Positions 25,299 to 38,974 of a stretch of 64,000 bases of DNA are shown piece after piece. The notes beneath the pieces were generated by a model. It had not been told where the DNA came from, made no database searches, and worked only from the letters and a program-made list of their open reading frames with translations. This DNA is from Piromyces finnis finn (taxonomy: Eukaryota > Fungi > Neocallimastigomycota), in contig MCFH01000038.1 of assembly GCA_002104945.1 (NCBI GenBank), positions 62,001 through 126,000 on the forward strand, given 5' to 3'. Made by a program: the position numbers and the translations under genes. The number at the start of each line of letters is the position of its first letter. The stretch's first letter is position 1.

Positions 25299-27044
25299 AT
25301 GAAACTTAATTTTATTAACAAAACCAAAGTTCAATTCTTCTTTAACTTCGTTATAATTTCTTGTTTCCATAATTACAAAGTATTTGGGCTTTATTCTTTA
25401 ACTTTTTCTACACCTAGAGTAATTACTATTACAAAAACTCTTCCATCCAAGACTATTATTTTACCTAAAATTTCAAGCATTCCTACCATAACAACAGCAT
25501 CTCATGCTTCATTATCAAATAATAATAATATTTATGATGATTACACCATTAATATTCAAGAATATACTTTACCATATATGAATGATATGATCATTGGCAA
25601 TAAAATCAAAAGTAATGATGCATTGGACAACACTAATGCTATTAAAGAAAATCCAATAACTCAACTCTTTAATACGGTTAGTAATAAAGAATCCAATAAT
25701 AATACAATAACTCAACTCTTTAATACGGTTAGTAATAAAGAATCCAATAATAATACAATAACTCAACTCTTTAATACGGTTAGTAATAAAGAATCCAATA
25801 ATAATACAATAACTCAACTCTTTAATACGGTTAGTAATAAAGAATCCAATAATAATACAATAACTCAACTCTTTAATACGGTTAGTAATAAAGAATCCAA
25901 TAATAATACAATAACTCAACTCTTTAATACGGTTAGTAATAAAGAATCCAATAATAATACAATAACTCAACTCTTTAACGTCGTTAGTAATAATAAATCA
26001 GGTAAAGTTATTAAAGAAAATACAAAAACTAAATTATTTAATATTATTAACGATGATAAATCAAAGAAGAAGAAAAATGATAACATTTTATTTGCTCCTT
26101 ATGTTGACATCACACTTTATCCAACTTTTGATCTAGTTGAAGCAAAAAGGACATTAGGAATTGATACGGTTATTATAAGTTTTATAGTTAGTTGCGTTAT
26201 TTCAACATGTACAATCAATAATGCTTCCTTTGGTGGTACTATTGGTATTAATGATACAGATGTTACTGGCACTTTAACTTCCATTGATGATTCTATTAAT
26301 AAATTCAGAAAAGAAGGTGGCCGTATTATTATTTCTTTTGGTGGTGCGTATAATGATGAATTAGCCTTACATCATGATAATGCAGAAACACTTGCTAAAG
26401 AATACCAAAAGGTGATTGAAAAATATCAACCGATTAGAATTGATTTTGATATGGAAGGTACTAGTCTTATGGATGATGTTGTTAATGGAAGGAAGATAGA
26501 AGAAGTTCATAAATTAAGAGCAAAGGCTTTAAATATTGTTAGAAGAGAACTAAAAGATAAAATGGTATCCATTAGTTTATGTCTTCCGGTTAATCCTGAT
26601 TTTGGTTTTGATAATAAAGCTTTAACTATAATTGAAATAATGAAAAATGAGAATGTTCCAATTGATGTTATTAGCATTATGGCAATGGATTATGGAACAA
26701 ATTATATTTCTAATGGATTTTATAATAATACTATTCAATCATTAGAAAAATCCTATAAACAAAGTCGATTCTTTTACTCAGAAATTAAAATGGGAGTTAT
26801 TCCAATGATTGGGCAAAACGACGATGGCTCTATTCTATCTTTATCAGAGACAGAAAAATTAGTTAATTACTTAAAAACAAAAGAGTATGTTAGTATGATT
26901 TCTATGTGGTCCATTAATAGGGATAAAAATGATGGTATGTTTACATCTCTCATTAAAAATACTTTTAAATATCCAATGGAATCCATTGAATCCAACAAAA
27001 GTACCTTTCAATATACTCCAATATTAAAAAAATTTATAAATTAA
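25299..27044 (+). CDS. GH18 chitinase, bacterial PF-ChiA-like type, with N-terminal repeat stalk
   Basis: FAPYVD, IIISFGGA, IRIDFDMEG (DxDxE intact), IMAMDYG, PMIGQND, SMWSINRD; intronless; probable signal peptide. Confidence 0.9.
   Translation: MKLNFINKTKVQFFFNFVIISCFHNYKVFGLYSLTFSTPRVITITKTLPSKTIILPKISSIPTITTASHASLSNNNNIYDDYTINIQEYTLPYMNDMIIGNKIKSNDALDNTNAIKENPITQLFNTVSNKESNNNTITQLFNTVSNKESNNNTITQLFNTVSNKESNNNTITQLFNTVSNKESNNNTITQLFNTVSNKESNNNTITQLFNTVSNKESNNNTITQLFNVVSNNKSGKVIKENTKTKLFNIINDDKSKKKKNDNILFAPYVDITLYPTFDLVEAKRTLGIDTVIISFIVSCVISTCTINNASFGGTIGINDTDVTGTLTSIDDSINKFRKEGGRIIISFGGAYNDELALHHDNAETLAKEYQKVIEKYQPIRIDFDMEGTSLMDDVVNGRKIEEVHKLRAKALNIVRRELKDKMVSISLCLPVNPDFGFDNKALTIIEIMKNENVPIDVISIMAMDYGTNYISNGFYNNTIQSLEKSYKQSRFFYSEIKMGVIPMIGQNDDGSILSLSETEKLVNYLKTKEYVSMISMWSINRDKNDGMFTSLIKNTFKYPMESIESNKSTFQYTPILKKFIN
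25656..25988 (+). repeat. Coding tandem repeat, 51-bp unit (ITQLFNTVSNKESNNNT) x6 plus a partial 7th
   Basis: Six identical units starting at 25656, 25707, 25758, 25809, 25860 and 25911. Confidence 0.92.
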
Positions 27045-28192
27045 TGTTTTGCCCTCTAACCCCTCTTTCTTTTGAATTTGTAAAAATTAATTATTTATAT
27101 TCACAATTCTATAATTTTTAAATGTAAATAGTAAATATGTAAATATTTATAATTTTATACTACAATTTTAAATATATATGTATTTAAGATTTTTTTTTTC
27201 TTTTTTAATTACCTACAATTATAATCAAATCTTTATTCTTTATTAATTAGTATTTAAAAAAGAAATGCAAATATATAGATATATAGATATATAAATATAT
27301 ATAAGCAACTATTTTTTATTTTACACGATTTTGTTTAAATATTATCAAGAGGTTATTATTATGCTATTTTTTTTTAAAAAAAATATGTTATAATTATTTA
27401 AATAATATAAATAAATATATATGTATATAAAACTTTCTAAATATGTTTTATTAATTTGTTTCATTTATTTAAGAATTTTTCTCTTTATATTTTAATTATT
27501 TTTTATTTTATAATATATTTTCAGTTACTTTCGTTATTTACAATTAATAATATTCAAATGATATTTATTATAATTATTTTTATTATAATATAGTATTCTT
27601 TTTTTTTTTTTTAATGGATTTTTAAACCATTTTTAAAAATCTATATAATGAAAATTTAAGTTATAAAAGTTTTAATATTATACTTAAAGTTTTGTATTTC
27701 TATAATAATAATTAGAATTAAAGAAAATAAATATATTTACTTTCTTTTCTATTTCTATGTTTATTTTAATTTTGATATTTACAATAGGATTGATCAAATT
27801 ATAAATTCCAAAACCGGATGTTTTCTTATTTATATATCTATTAAATAATGAAACACCCATAAAACAGTATACTTGATATCTTTTTTTTAAAAAAAGAATC
27901 TAGTATTATATAATCAATATTTTTGAAAAAAAAATTAAACCTTTGATATTTCTTAAAAGGAATATTGACAAACTTTTTTTTTTTTTAAATAAAATAGATT
28001 TCAATATATTGGTATAATCATAAAGTTTTATTTTTTCTTCTTTTAGTTATTATTGTTGTCTCGGATATTTTGTTGTTGTTATTTAACAAATATTTTTTAT
28101 ATAATAATTATTTGGAAATCTGATATTTATTAATTAGAGAACTTTTAAATATTTAAATGAATAGTTACTCGGTAATAATAAATACAAAAAAA

Positions 28193-28963
28193 TTAATTGC
28201 AAATACCAAAATTACTTTGACAACCAATTCCACAACTATTAGGTTGATTACTACATTTACCGTCTTGACCACAGCATTGATTTTGGCAAATTAAATATTC
28301 GTTATTATTTACTTTACCACAAGGTCCATCATTTACCATCTTGATTTTATCGACATGACAATCAAGATCACTACTAGTCCGATAAGTCCATACAAAAGTA
28401 CATTCATTAAGTGTAATGTAATATGTATCTCTTTCATTATTGATAGAATTAGAACCATGGCTTAATTGTAAACCTGGCTTAAAATGATTAATATTTGGTA
28501 ACTTATTATCATAACCGTATATATTTACCCGTTGAACATTAGAATATGTTACTCCATTAACAATACACTTTAGAGTTGCGTTTATATCTATATATACTCT
28601 AACAAATTGAGGTGTATTTTTTTTTAATTTATCATCTGGACCAGAAACAGGATTATATATATAGCACTCAGTAAAGCCGTTATAAGAAAATGGTCCTAAT
28701 TCCTTAAATTCTAATGAACACATATTTTTTCCTTCATTACAGCGATAACCATAAGGTAAATTATAATAAGTTGAATCAGTATTGAATATTATTTTTTTAC
28801 CATTATTAGTTAGATTGATTTTATATGGATTTGAAATTTTCGTAGCAACAAATTTTTGATGTTGAATTTGTTTATTATTTTCTATTTTATTAATATTCAC
28901 AACTTTACTAAAGCAATAATTGATTATGTTTATTGTCTGTATGAATATTATTATTAGATTCAT
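28193..28963 (-). CDS. Secreted protein with C-terminal CBM18 (hevein) chitin-binding domain
   Basis: N-terminal signal-like peptide; C-terminal GPCG..CQNQCCGQDGKCS..CGIGCQSNFGIC; unrecognised middle domain; intronless. Confidence 0.8.
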   Translation of the reverse strand: MNLIIIFIQTINIINYCFSKVVNINKIENNKQIQHQKFVATKISNPYKINLTNNGKKIIFNTDSTYYNLPYGYRCNEGKNMCSLEFKELGPFSYNGFTECYIYNPVSGPDDKLKKNTPQFVRVYIDINATLKCIVNGVTYSNVQRVNIYGYDNKLPNINHFKPGLQLSHGSNSINNERDTYYITLNECTFVWTYRTSSDLDCHVDKIKMVNDGPCGKVNNNEYLICQNQCCGQDGKCSNQPNSCGIGCQSNFGICN

Positions 28964-30081
28964 TTGTTTTTTTTTTTTTTTTTTTTTTTTGATCTTTTTT
29001 GTAAATTATATGATTTTATTAATATCTTTTATTAATAGCATTAATTTTATTTTTATTTTTTTATTGTTACAAAGGCATTTTTATAAAAAAAATAATAAAT
29101 ATTTATTTTACTTTTTTATTAGGTCCATAACAGTAATAAATAAATAAAAAAGTGATTCTTCCTAAAACTTTTTAGCAATAATTGTTTATATTTTTATTTA
29201 TATTTTTAAAGACAAAAAAAAAAAAAATAAAAAGTTAATTTAATATTGTTTTTTATAAGGTATCACAATATATATTAAAAATATATATAAACTTTATTAA
29301 CTATATTTTTGATTCGGTTATATATTAAATAATTAAAAATTAATGTTTAATTTTGTAAAAAACGAAAATGTAACATCAAATAATAAACCTTATTTTTAAT
29401 AATTCATTCATAATTAAGGAATAATTTAAATAAATTAAAAATTTATTCTTTTTAAATATTTTTTTTTAAAAAAAAAGAATAATAATAATAATAATAATCT
29501 TTATTTTTTCTTTCATTCCTTTTTTTTTTATTTTAAATGATATTTAATTATATAAACTAAATTAGTTGAACTTAATTTTAAGTAAAAAATTATGTAGAAT
29601 CTAATATTGAAAAAGTCTATAAGAATACATTTTTTATAATATATGAATTGATGATCCTAAAACACTTCCCACTTAATAATTTAAATTATATTAATAATTC
29701 CCTTTGGTTGATATTTTAATATATAATTTGTTAATTAAAAAATAATATTGATAATTGATGAAATAATAATAATAAAATAATAATAATAATAACAAAAAAG
29801 TGAAGATATCATAATATCATAATAATTAAAATTTTAGTAATATGTTAAGGTTGAACAAAAATCTATTAATAATGATAAAAATTGTAAATATTTATTTTTA
29901 CAAGAAAAAGTCATTTTTTTAAAATAATATTTATCCAAATAAATTATTTTAATTTCCATAATTAAATTAAAAATAAATTAAATAAAACTTTAATAATTAA
30001 TAAATATTGAAAATGATAAAATACATTAAATACATTTAAAAAATTATATTTCCAATTGGTAGTTTTAAAAATTACTTGTTT

Positions 30082-30114
<33 letters not shown>

Positions 30115-31200
30115 TAACTAAAAAATAAATTAGAGAAGTTAAATAAAAATAAAAAAAAGTAAAGTAAATAAAATAAGGCTTACAGTAATTCGTAAAATAA
30201 AATAAATGGTAAATAGAAATAATGATTAATTTAGAATTTATTTAATAAGCAAATATTTAAATATTTACATATAATATTATCAATGTAAATGAAAATAATG
30301 AATTAATCATTAAAAATATGTTTTTTACCTTTTAACAAACCTTAATATTAATTGTAACGTTAAAGAAATTTTCTTTTATCGGAAAAATAATTTCAAATTT
30401 AATATATATACAAAAAGAGAATAGCAATAGAATAATTATAAATAAAATAAAAGATCAATACGAAAGAAGATACTTTTATATTTAGAATTTTTTTTTTTTA
30501 CCTTTGTAGAATTTTAATAATATCATATCATTTCATAATCTAGAGGTTAATCTTCGAACATAGTAAAAAAAAAGAATGAATGGAAATAAATAAATAGATA
30601 ATAGTGAAGAATAAATAGAGAATATGTTTTTAATTTTTTTCTATTTTTTTTTTTTTACTTAAACTTTATTATATGAAATGCTATATGCTCTTTAGCATTT
30701 TTTTATATACATATATAATATTGTTTTTTTATTTTTTATTTATTTATTATTGTTGGCTTAAATAAATAATATTTAATAAATTTTAAATATAAGAAATAGA
30801 GTTCAATTTTAATTTTCTTTTAAAATGAAAATAAGTTTTAAAAACATTAAAAACTAAAGTAAATATTTAGAAACTTTAAAATTTACCTTTATAATAATTA
30901 ATAATAATAATACCTTTAATATATTTAAAATATTCTTTATTAAAAGTTTTTTTATTAGTATATTTATTTTAATACATTTATTCTATACATAATTATAACT
31001 ATAGGTTATAAAGTAAATAATAAATATTTATGGTTCATTATTTAATAACTAATAATATTTATAATTAAATAATATAACTTTAGAAAAGTATATATTATAT
31101 TTATAATAAATATTATTTATGATTTTATTTTATTTAGTGAGATTTATTTCTAATTTAACTTTAAACTTGGTGAATCCTCATACTTTTTTTTTTTTTCTTT

Positions 31201-31881
31201 TCATTTATTTTTCTTTTCTTCAATTTTTTCATTTTCTTTTTCAGTTGACTTTGAATGATCTTCAGTTACATCAGTAATTGCAGCTACGATAAGGTATAAG
31301 ATAAAAACACCATTTACAGCAGCAACAGCAGAAAGTGCAGCATAAATTGGATCATCTTGATATTAAATGATAATTACATTATTAATGCATATTGTATTGA
31401 TATATATCATATTATTATCATTATGTCATTATATATAGAAATGAGGAATGGTAAAAGCTTTAGAAAATAAAAATATATCAATATTAAAATGTACCTTGGA
31501 AGAAGTGTTTTTCAGTATAAAAGTATGTAAAAATAGGTAATCCAAATAAAAGGGTGGTTAAAATTAAAATTTTTGTTAAAATCCACCTTAATCAACATTA
31601 AAGAATTTGAATGATATTGCACAATTAATTATTGAATATATAGTTTTATTAAAATGAAATTAATTCATTTAAAATGTAATTTATTTGATTTTAATTTTTA
31701 ATTATACTTTAATATTTGATATCATATATATGTTTTATTGTTTATATAAAAACACTAACCATGGAATTTTCTTGTTATATACTCTTGGTTTATCTGATTG
31801 TGTTAAAAGTGGTTGCTGTTCAGAATCTGTTTCTGGTTTTGTTTCTGAAACTATTTCTTCTTTAACTTTATCGTTTGTCAT
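31201..31881 (-). CDS. VMA21: V-ATPase assembly factor Vma21, 3 exons
   Basis: Spliced translation MTNDKVK...WWILTKILILTTLLFGLPIFTYFY...YAALSAVAAVNGVFILYLIVAAITD...KKNK*; two TM segments and a C-terminal KKxx ER-retrieval signal; GT-AG introns. Confidence 0.82.
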
Positions 31882-34800
31882 GCCGAAATTGTTTTCTGTT
31901 TTGAATTATTAAAAATAAGGCGAAAATAAGAATATTCATAAAAATGTAAATGTTTCACATTTAATGATGTAAAAATATATATATATATATATATTTATAA
32001 ATACAATATTTTATTGTGTATTATATTATATTATTGCAGTATATGATCTTATTTTTTTATTTCCATATTTCTTTTCTTTCTTTCTTTCTTTCTGTTTTTT
32101 TTCTTCCTTCTTTTATTTTTTTTTTTATAATTAAAAATATCTATAATAATTTCTATTATTGTTCAAGTATAAAATTCATATCTGAAAGGTTTATATTTAA
32201 TTATATTTAAATAAAGATGACAGGTCCACTAATGTAATTTTTTCTTTTTTTCTTTTACTTTTTTTAATAAATTTTTAATGTATATAATAATGTATTAATT
32301 ACAAACCTTATATATATATTATTTTAGTTTTATTGTTATTTTTTTTTTGATACTATGTTTATTATTGTTTTCTTTTTTAACTCTCTTTTTTTTTTTTATT
32401 TTTTTTTAAAATAATAATCTAAGTATTTTATTTTTTGTTAATTTAAAAAGTAATGGATTTGATTTAAAATTAATCACATGATATCATATTATTTTGTAAT
32501 AAATTTAATACATTAAAACATATAATTTAACTTATTTTAAGAAATCTATCCATCATTAATATTAGTAACTATTAAAAATTATACCAAAATCTTTTGTCAC
32601 TACCAAATAAAACTTTTATGCTTAGATAATTACTCTTATTATATTTTTATACATAATTCTTTATTTTAAAATATAAATATCTTACATATTGAGGTATAAT
32701 TAATTTTTTGTTAGATAATAGCTATATAAATATTTAATTAATGTTTAAATAATTTTAATAATATTTAATTCAATCACTTTTAATAACAATAATAATATTA
32801 AATAAAAAATATTGGTAAAAGAGTAAAAAGGCATATATAAAACATAAAATGACAAGACTTTAATGAAAACTTTATACAAATTGAAAAAATATAAATACTA
32901 ATATTAAATATTAAAATAATTTATATCTTAATATACTTTATTAATTTTTGTGTTGCGTTGCCTACTTGTGGTTTTGTACTATGGATGGATTAAAAAATAT
33001 ACCCAGTTAAGAAAAAAGGATTTAATTATATATTATTTCACTATAATTGATATAACATAACCTTTTAAGAATACTACATCTTTTCTATATCACCTTTGAA
33101 TATAAAACTATATATTATATAATTTATAAATTTTTATATTCTTTTAAATTGAAAAGTGTTTTATATTTTATATTCTTATATATTATGCTTGTGATAATCA
33201 TTCTTTACATATTTTTATAAACATAATCATGTGAAAATGGATGATTATTTCAATATTTCAATAGAAATTTTTATGAAAGTATATTAAGCATCATCATCAT
33301 CTTCTTCATCAAATTATCAAAAATTGTATTTAAATCCTATTTTATATATTTGTCCAATAAATATAAAGAATATTTTTATGTTTGAATTATTCTACCCTGA
33401 AATTATTTCATCTCCCAATATTTAATAATTAGAGTTATATCAAACAAATAACTAATCTTTTTAAGATATTACTTTTGTTTCGTTTAAAAGCACTTTTTTA
33501 CTTATTTGTTGTTGATATTATTATATGTATTATTAAATATTTATTTTTAATATTTAATATATCTTTTCTTTGAAAAGTATTATTAATAATATTCATAATT
33601 TATGTCTTTTTTTTTTTATTTATTTTACGCCAACCAAAACAGTGTAAAAATAATGTGGTTAGAACCTTATAAACCGTACATTTGGTGGTATAATATTTAG
33701 CATTATAATAACCAATGAAATAGATTGAAATTTGTAAAAAAAAAAAAAAAGTTTAATTAGACTAAAAAATTATATTATATTTTCAATATAATATTATTAA
33801 TAGCACTTAATATTATGTAAAATATATCAAAGTTAATATATTATAAATATTTATCTTTATTTAATATATTAATATCATGTGTCAGTGGAAGAATTAAATA
33901 ATATATTACTTTCAATATTATATATATTTTTAATTCATTTCTGTTTAAAAATAGAGTGTTAAAAAAAAAAACAATATAACTCTATAAATGATTGGTTGTA
34001 GAGCTATATAATATACTAACTCTATATATTGATTTATACCTTTTCATATATTATATTAAATACTTACTAAATATGATAATATATTGAATAATGGTTGTTT
34101 CTTATATGTTAATAATTAAAAATAAACTTTTTGTTATTTTCCCTTTAATTCTATTTATATTTCTAATATATTATAAAATTATCTATTAAATTATTATCTT
34201 AATATATTAATTTTTTTTTATGTTTATTTTATTGTATTAAATAATAGTTATTAATTATTAATTAATAATTTAAAAATTAAATAATTTACAATTAAATAAT
34301 TAAATAATTAAAAAATAATTATACTAATTTTTATTCTTTTATTTATTTTACTAAAAAACATAAAAATTATATACCGTTGAATTAGATTAAAAAATAAATA
34401 AAGATTGATAAATATATAAAATTAGGAGAAAGATATTATTACTACAGACATTTGGAGGTTTTTAAAAAGTAAATAATAATTATAAAGCAAGCAAAAAATT
34501 CAATAGTATGAATTTAAGAGAAAAAGTTTGTCATTTATTTTTGATGAATACAGATAAAGAAATAAAATGATTTTTGATGAATACAAATAAAGAATTAAAT
34601 GATGGAATTCAAATAAGATGAAATACATTAATTTTTAATAAATTTAAATAGAAACAAAATAGACATTAATAAAGGATAAGATCATATAAAAATAAAAATC
34701 TTTAAAGAGAAAAGAGGAAAAACAATTAAATTTTTATGAACTATAGATTATTGATGGAATAAACAAGATGAAATACCATTAGATTTAAATTGTAGAAAAC

Positions 34801-35077
34801 ATCTAAAGTAAAAAAAAAATAATGATAAAAATATTATACTATTTGATTCCAAGCTTGCTTTAAATATAATTTCATAAAATTAACTATATAAATTAATAAA
34901 AAAATTACTAACTTTATTAAAAAGTATTTATTTTTATTTTATTTAATAGGCGAAATAATAGGTTTTATAGGTTTTAATTGGGATTAATTATTTAAGTTTA
35001 TTTTTAATTGTAAATTTATAAAGTTGTTTTTAAAACATATCTTCGTTAAAGTATAAATAATATTTAAAGTTATTATT

Positions 35078-38000
35078 ATGGACCTTAAATTAATGCAACA
35101 ACCAGTTTGGAATAATTTTAAAATGCAAGATTCTACAATTTATAATAATAATGATCAAATTTTAATGCAAAATTTTAAATCAGTACTTCAACAACTTACT
35201 TTTAATTCTAAGCCAATAATTTCAGAGCTAACTGATTTAGCAAAAAGAAATGTAGCAATGGCACCAACTATTGTAGAAATAATAGAGAATCAACTAAAGA
35301 ATGTAAGAAGGCAAAATTTAATTTTTTTATGAATACCTTTATATAAATAAGACCAATTAGTAAAATATCATGTTTTTTAATTAATAATTAAAAAATAGGT
35401 TCCAAATCATCAAAAGTTACCAATAATGTATTTAATGGACTCTATATTAAAGAATATAGGTGGGTCATATATTACATTATTTAGTAATAATTTAACAAAG
35501 CTTTTTGGACAAACATACAATTTAGTTGATTCTGATACTCAAATGAAATTGAAGCGTTTAGTAAATACCTGGAAAGATTATCCAAAAAGACCGTTATTTT
35601 CACAAAGTATTCTTGATAATTTAAATACTATCATTAGTCAATTTCAAAAAGATGATAATGTAAATAGTTTTAATATATTACTTTATATATACTAACATTT
35701 AAATTTTTAAAAATTCTGGTGGTAATTTATTTCTAAATTTATTAAATGAGTTGTTTGGTTAATGGTTATTGTGGAAATTTTGTTGTATTATTATATTTTA
35801 TGGGATATAGTTTACAAAAAAAAATATAAATAAATTATGTAATATATAATATATAAATTAAAAATCTAGTATTGTTAACTTAACGGTTTATAAGACTAAG
35901 TAATTAAAAAGTAGAAGAGAAAAATTATTTGTTATGACATCTGAAAAATAATTTTATATAACATTCTTTTATTTAAAACTATTATTAAAAGAATAAATAT
36001 AAATAAAAATAAAAACATTTTTTTTAAAAAAGAGAAAATCAATTCTATTAATGTAAAATAATAGTAATTAAAATTAAAATTAATTCTCTTGTGGGTAAGA
36101 TTCTTTTTTCTCTTTTTCGAAAGTTGACTTTTGAATAGCTCTTAATTTATTGAAATGTTGAAAATTCAATAGATGAATGAAATATTTAAGAAGTCTAACT
36201 GAAAAGTTAACGAAAAAGATTAAAAAAAAAAAAAAACTATTGAAAAAGCTATATAATTAAATAAAAACCAAGCAATTTATAATTTTTTTTTAAAAAAAAC
36301 TTGATATATTTTCTGTTAAAATATTTTTTAAGAAAAAAAGTTTTTTTTTTATTTTATTTTATTTTTTTTTTTTATTAATAAATTACTTTATAATAAAATT
36401 AATAAATAAAAATATAAAGAAACAAAAGTTATTAATCAAAATAAAACCAAATAAAATTATATATATATTTTAATATTATAGGATATAAAAAAGTCAGTTG
36501 AGTTAAAAAAAGCCATTAATAGCATTCAGAATATTTTATTGCAAAAACTAAATTATAAAATGCAATTTCCTTATGATGAAAAGAATAATCAAGATGTACA
36601 ATACTTTTATAACGCAATGCAAACATTACAAGATCCAAATGTTACTGATGCACAAATTTCAAGGTTAAATCAAGAAATTATCTATTATTTCAAAACTAAT
36701 TCTCTTCCTACAAATAGTTCTATCAACATGATGCCTCAAAATAATCAAATGATGAATAATGGAATGCAAAATCAAATGGGAATGATGATGAATGGTATGA
36801 ACATGAATAACATAAATAATATGAACAATATAAACAATATGAATAATATGAATAATATGAATGGTATGAATATCAATATGAACAATATGAACAACATGAA
36901 CAACATGAACAACATGAACAACATGAACAACATGAACAACATGAACAACATGAACAATATGAATAACATGAATAACATGAATAACATGAACAACATGAAT
37001 AATATGAATAATATGAATAATATGAATAACATGAATAATATGAACAACATGAATAATATGAATAACATGAACAACATGAACAATATGAATAACATGAATA
37101 ACATGAATGGTATGAATATAAACAACATGGGTGGAATGAATATGAATAGCATGAATAATTTAAATGGCATGAGCAATATAGCCAATATGAATAATATAGA
37201 AAAAATGAATATTAACTCAATGATGCCAAATACAGCAGTAAATAATATGATGATGAATTCCCCAATCAATGAAATAATAAGTAGTACTATCCCAAATGGA
37301 ATGCAAAGTGCCATTGTTACTTCTAGTATTGCTACTACTCTACCATTATTGATGAATAATTTACCAAATATGTTAAGTAATGTAACTACAACATCAACTT
37401 TAACCAATTCAGCTATAGTAACTACTAATGTTGAAAAGGATGCCGTTGAAGATACAGAAAATAAAGATGAAGAAAAACCAAAATCAAAATATAAGAAGTT
37501 TAGCGATTTCCCATTGATTTCTCTTACTGATGATGCTATCCACAAGTAAGTAAAATTTTTCATTTCATAATATATATTTGTTTATTATTTATAAATAGTA
37601 ATATTCTAAATAAAAATAATAAAAAATAAAATAAAATAAAATATAAAATAAATTAATAAAATATTTAAACACACACATAAAATAATTTGATTTGATATAA
37701 ATTTATATATATTTATGTATATATATATTTCTTTTTTATTTTTTATTTATTTATTTTATTTTATTTTTTTTTTTTTAATTTAAAAATTGGATAAATTAAT
37801 TATTAATATTTTTTATTTATTTATTTTTTTTATTAATTACAAAAAAACTAATTGCCATTTATAATAGGCCACATCCAGAATATATTGAATCTATTTATGA
37901 ATTTTTATCTTACCAATGTCCACAATGTGGTAGAAGATATTATAAAAGCGAAGATGAAGAAGACAAAGAAAGTAAAGAAAAGGTGAAATCTCATTTAGAT

Positions 38001-38564
38001 TGGCATTATAGACAAAATCGTCGTTTAAAGAATCAATCCAAACAAACTTTATGCCGTGGATGGCAAGACATATCTGAAGAAGATTGGATTGATTCTAAAA
38101 CCGTCGAAGCAAAATTCACAGCACCATCCTTCTTCCAGTTTGATGCAACAAACCCAGAAGTCGAAGGATCTGAAAATAATGAAAATGAAAAAGAAACTAT
38201 TAAATATTTACCTTGTGATGGCACACCAAAAAAATGTTTTGTATGTAATGAAGATTTCGAGAAACATTGGCATGAAGATGAAGAAGAATGGATGTTTAAG
38301 AATGCTATAGAAAAAGAAAGTAAAGTATTCCATCCTTCTTGTTATTCTGATTATATAGCAAGAAAGAAACTTCGTACTAAATTAATAGAAAGTAAAGCAA
38401 AGGAAGAAGAAAAAGAAATTACCAATAGTAAAGATGAAGAACTTTCAAAAGATACCACCATTGAATCACCGATAACGAAAGAAAAAAGAAAGTTAGAAGA
38501 AGATCATGATGATCAGGAAACATCAGAAAATAATGTCGAAAATAAAAAAATAAAATTGGAATAA
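35078..38564 (+). CDS. PCF11: mRNA 3'-end processing factor Pcf11, multi-exon
   Basis: CID domain FNSKPIISELT / YLMDSILKNIG; zinc fingers C-PQCGRR..HLDWHYRQNRR and CFVCNEDF..EEEWMFKNA..HPSC. Confidence 0.92.
36790..37140 (+). repeat. Coding (Asn-Asn-Met)n repeat, 9-bp unit
   Basis: Dozens of NNM triplets encoded by mixed aacaacatg/aataatatg/aataacatg. Confidence 0.95.
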
Positions 38565-38936
38565 AATACTTTTCATGTATTTTATTAAAAATTTTATTTA
38601 AAAAAAATACCCAATTTTTATTTTTTTATTTATTGATTACTTTTAGAACGTTATAGAAGATATCTAATATAAATGCTATAATTTTCATAAAATTTATAGA
38701 TATATTTAATTCTTTTAAGAAAAATTTGAATGTCATAACCAAAAACATTCTAATACTATATAATTAATTTATACTATTAACATCATATATATTTCAGAAG
38801 AAAAACTTTTCTATTTTTAATAACTATGAAAATATTTTACACATTTATTAAAAATAGTTTGTAAACCCTTATTTTCTTATAAATAATTATCGATTATAAT
38901 ATATAACATACAACATTTTTAAGAAAAAAAGGAATT

Positions 38937-38974
<38 letters not shown>

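Noticed and set aside
25569-25970. Minus-strand repeat ORF and other short overlapping ORFs (e.g. 23446, 23830, 44102, 46375, 47467, 51353, 52758)
   Set aside because: Alternative-frame or antisense shadows of well-supported ORFs, with no independent motifs.
25656-25988. Regular 51-bp repeats as a CRISPR array
   Set aside because: Units are contiguous with no unique spacers, lie in frame inside a chitinase ORF, and the genome is eukaryotic.
22779-27044. Bacterial contamination or chimeric assembly
   Set aside because: Fungal dockerins, host-like codon usage and the same AT-rich poly(A/T) intergenic DNA as the intron-containing neighbours argue for genuine genomic residence.
33620-33720. GC-richer island as a snoRNA or other ncRNA
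   Set aside because: No C/D or H/ACA box arrangement could be established; may be a promoter element between VMA21 and PCF11.
34480-34810. Purine-rich, coding-like stretch upstream of PCF11
   Set aside because: Multiple stops in all frames and no recognisable motif; possibly a decayed gene or TE fragment, not assignable.
36772-37563. 263-aa hydrophobic minus-strand ORF
   Set aside because: Antisense shadow of the PCF11 NNM repeat.
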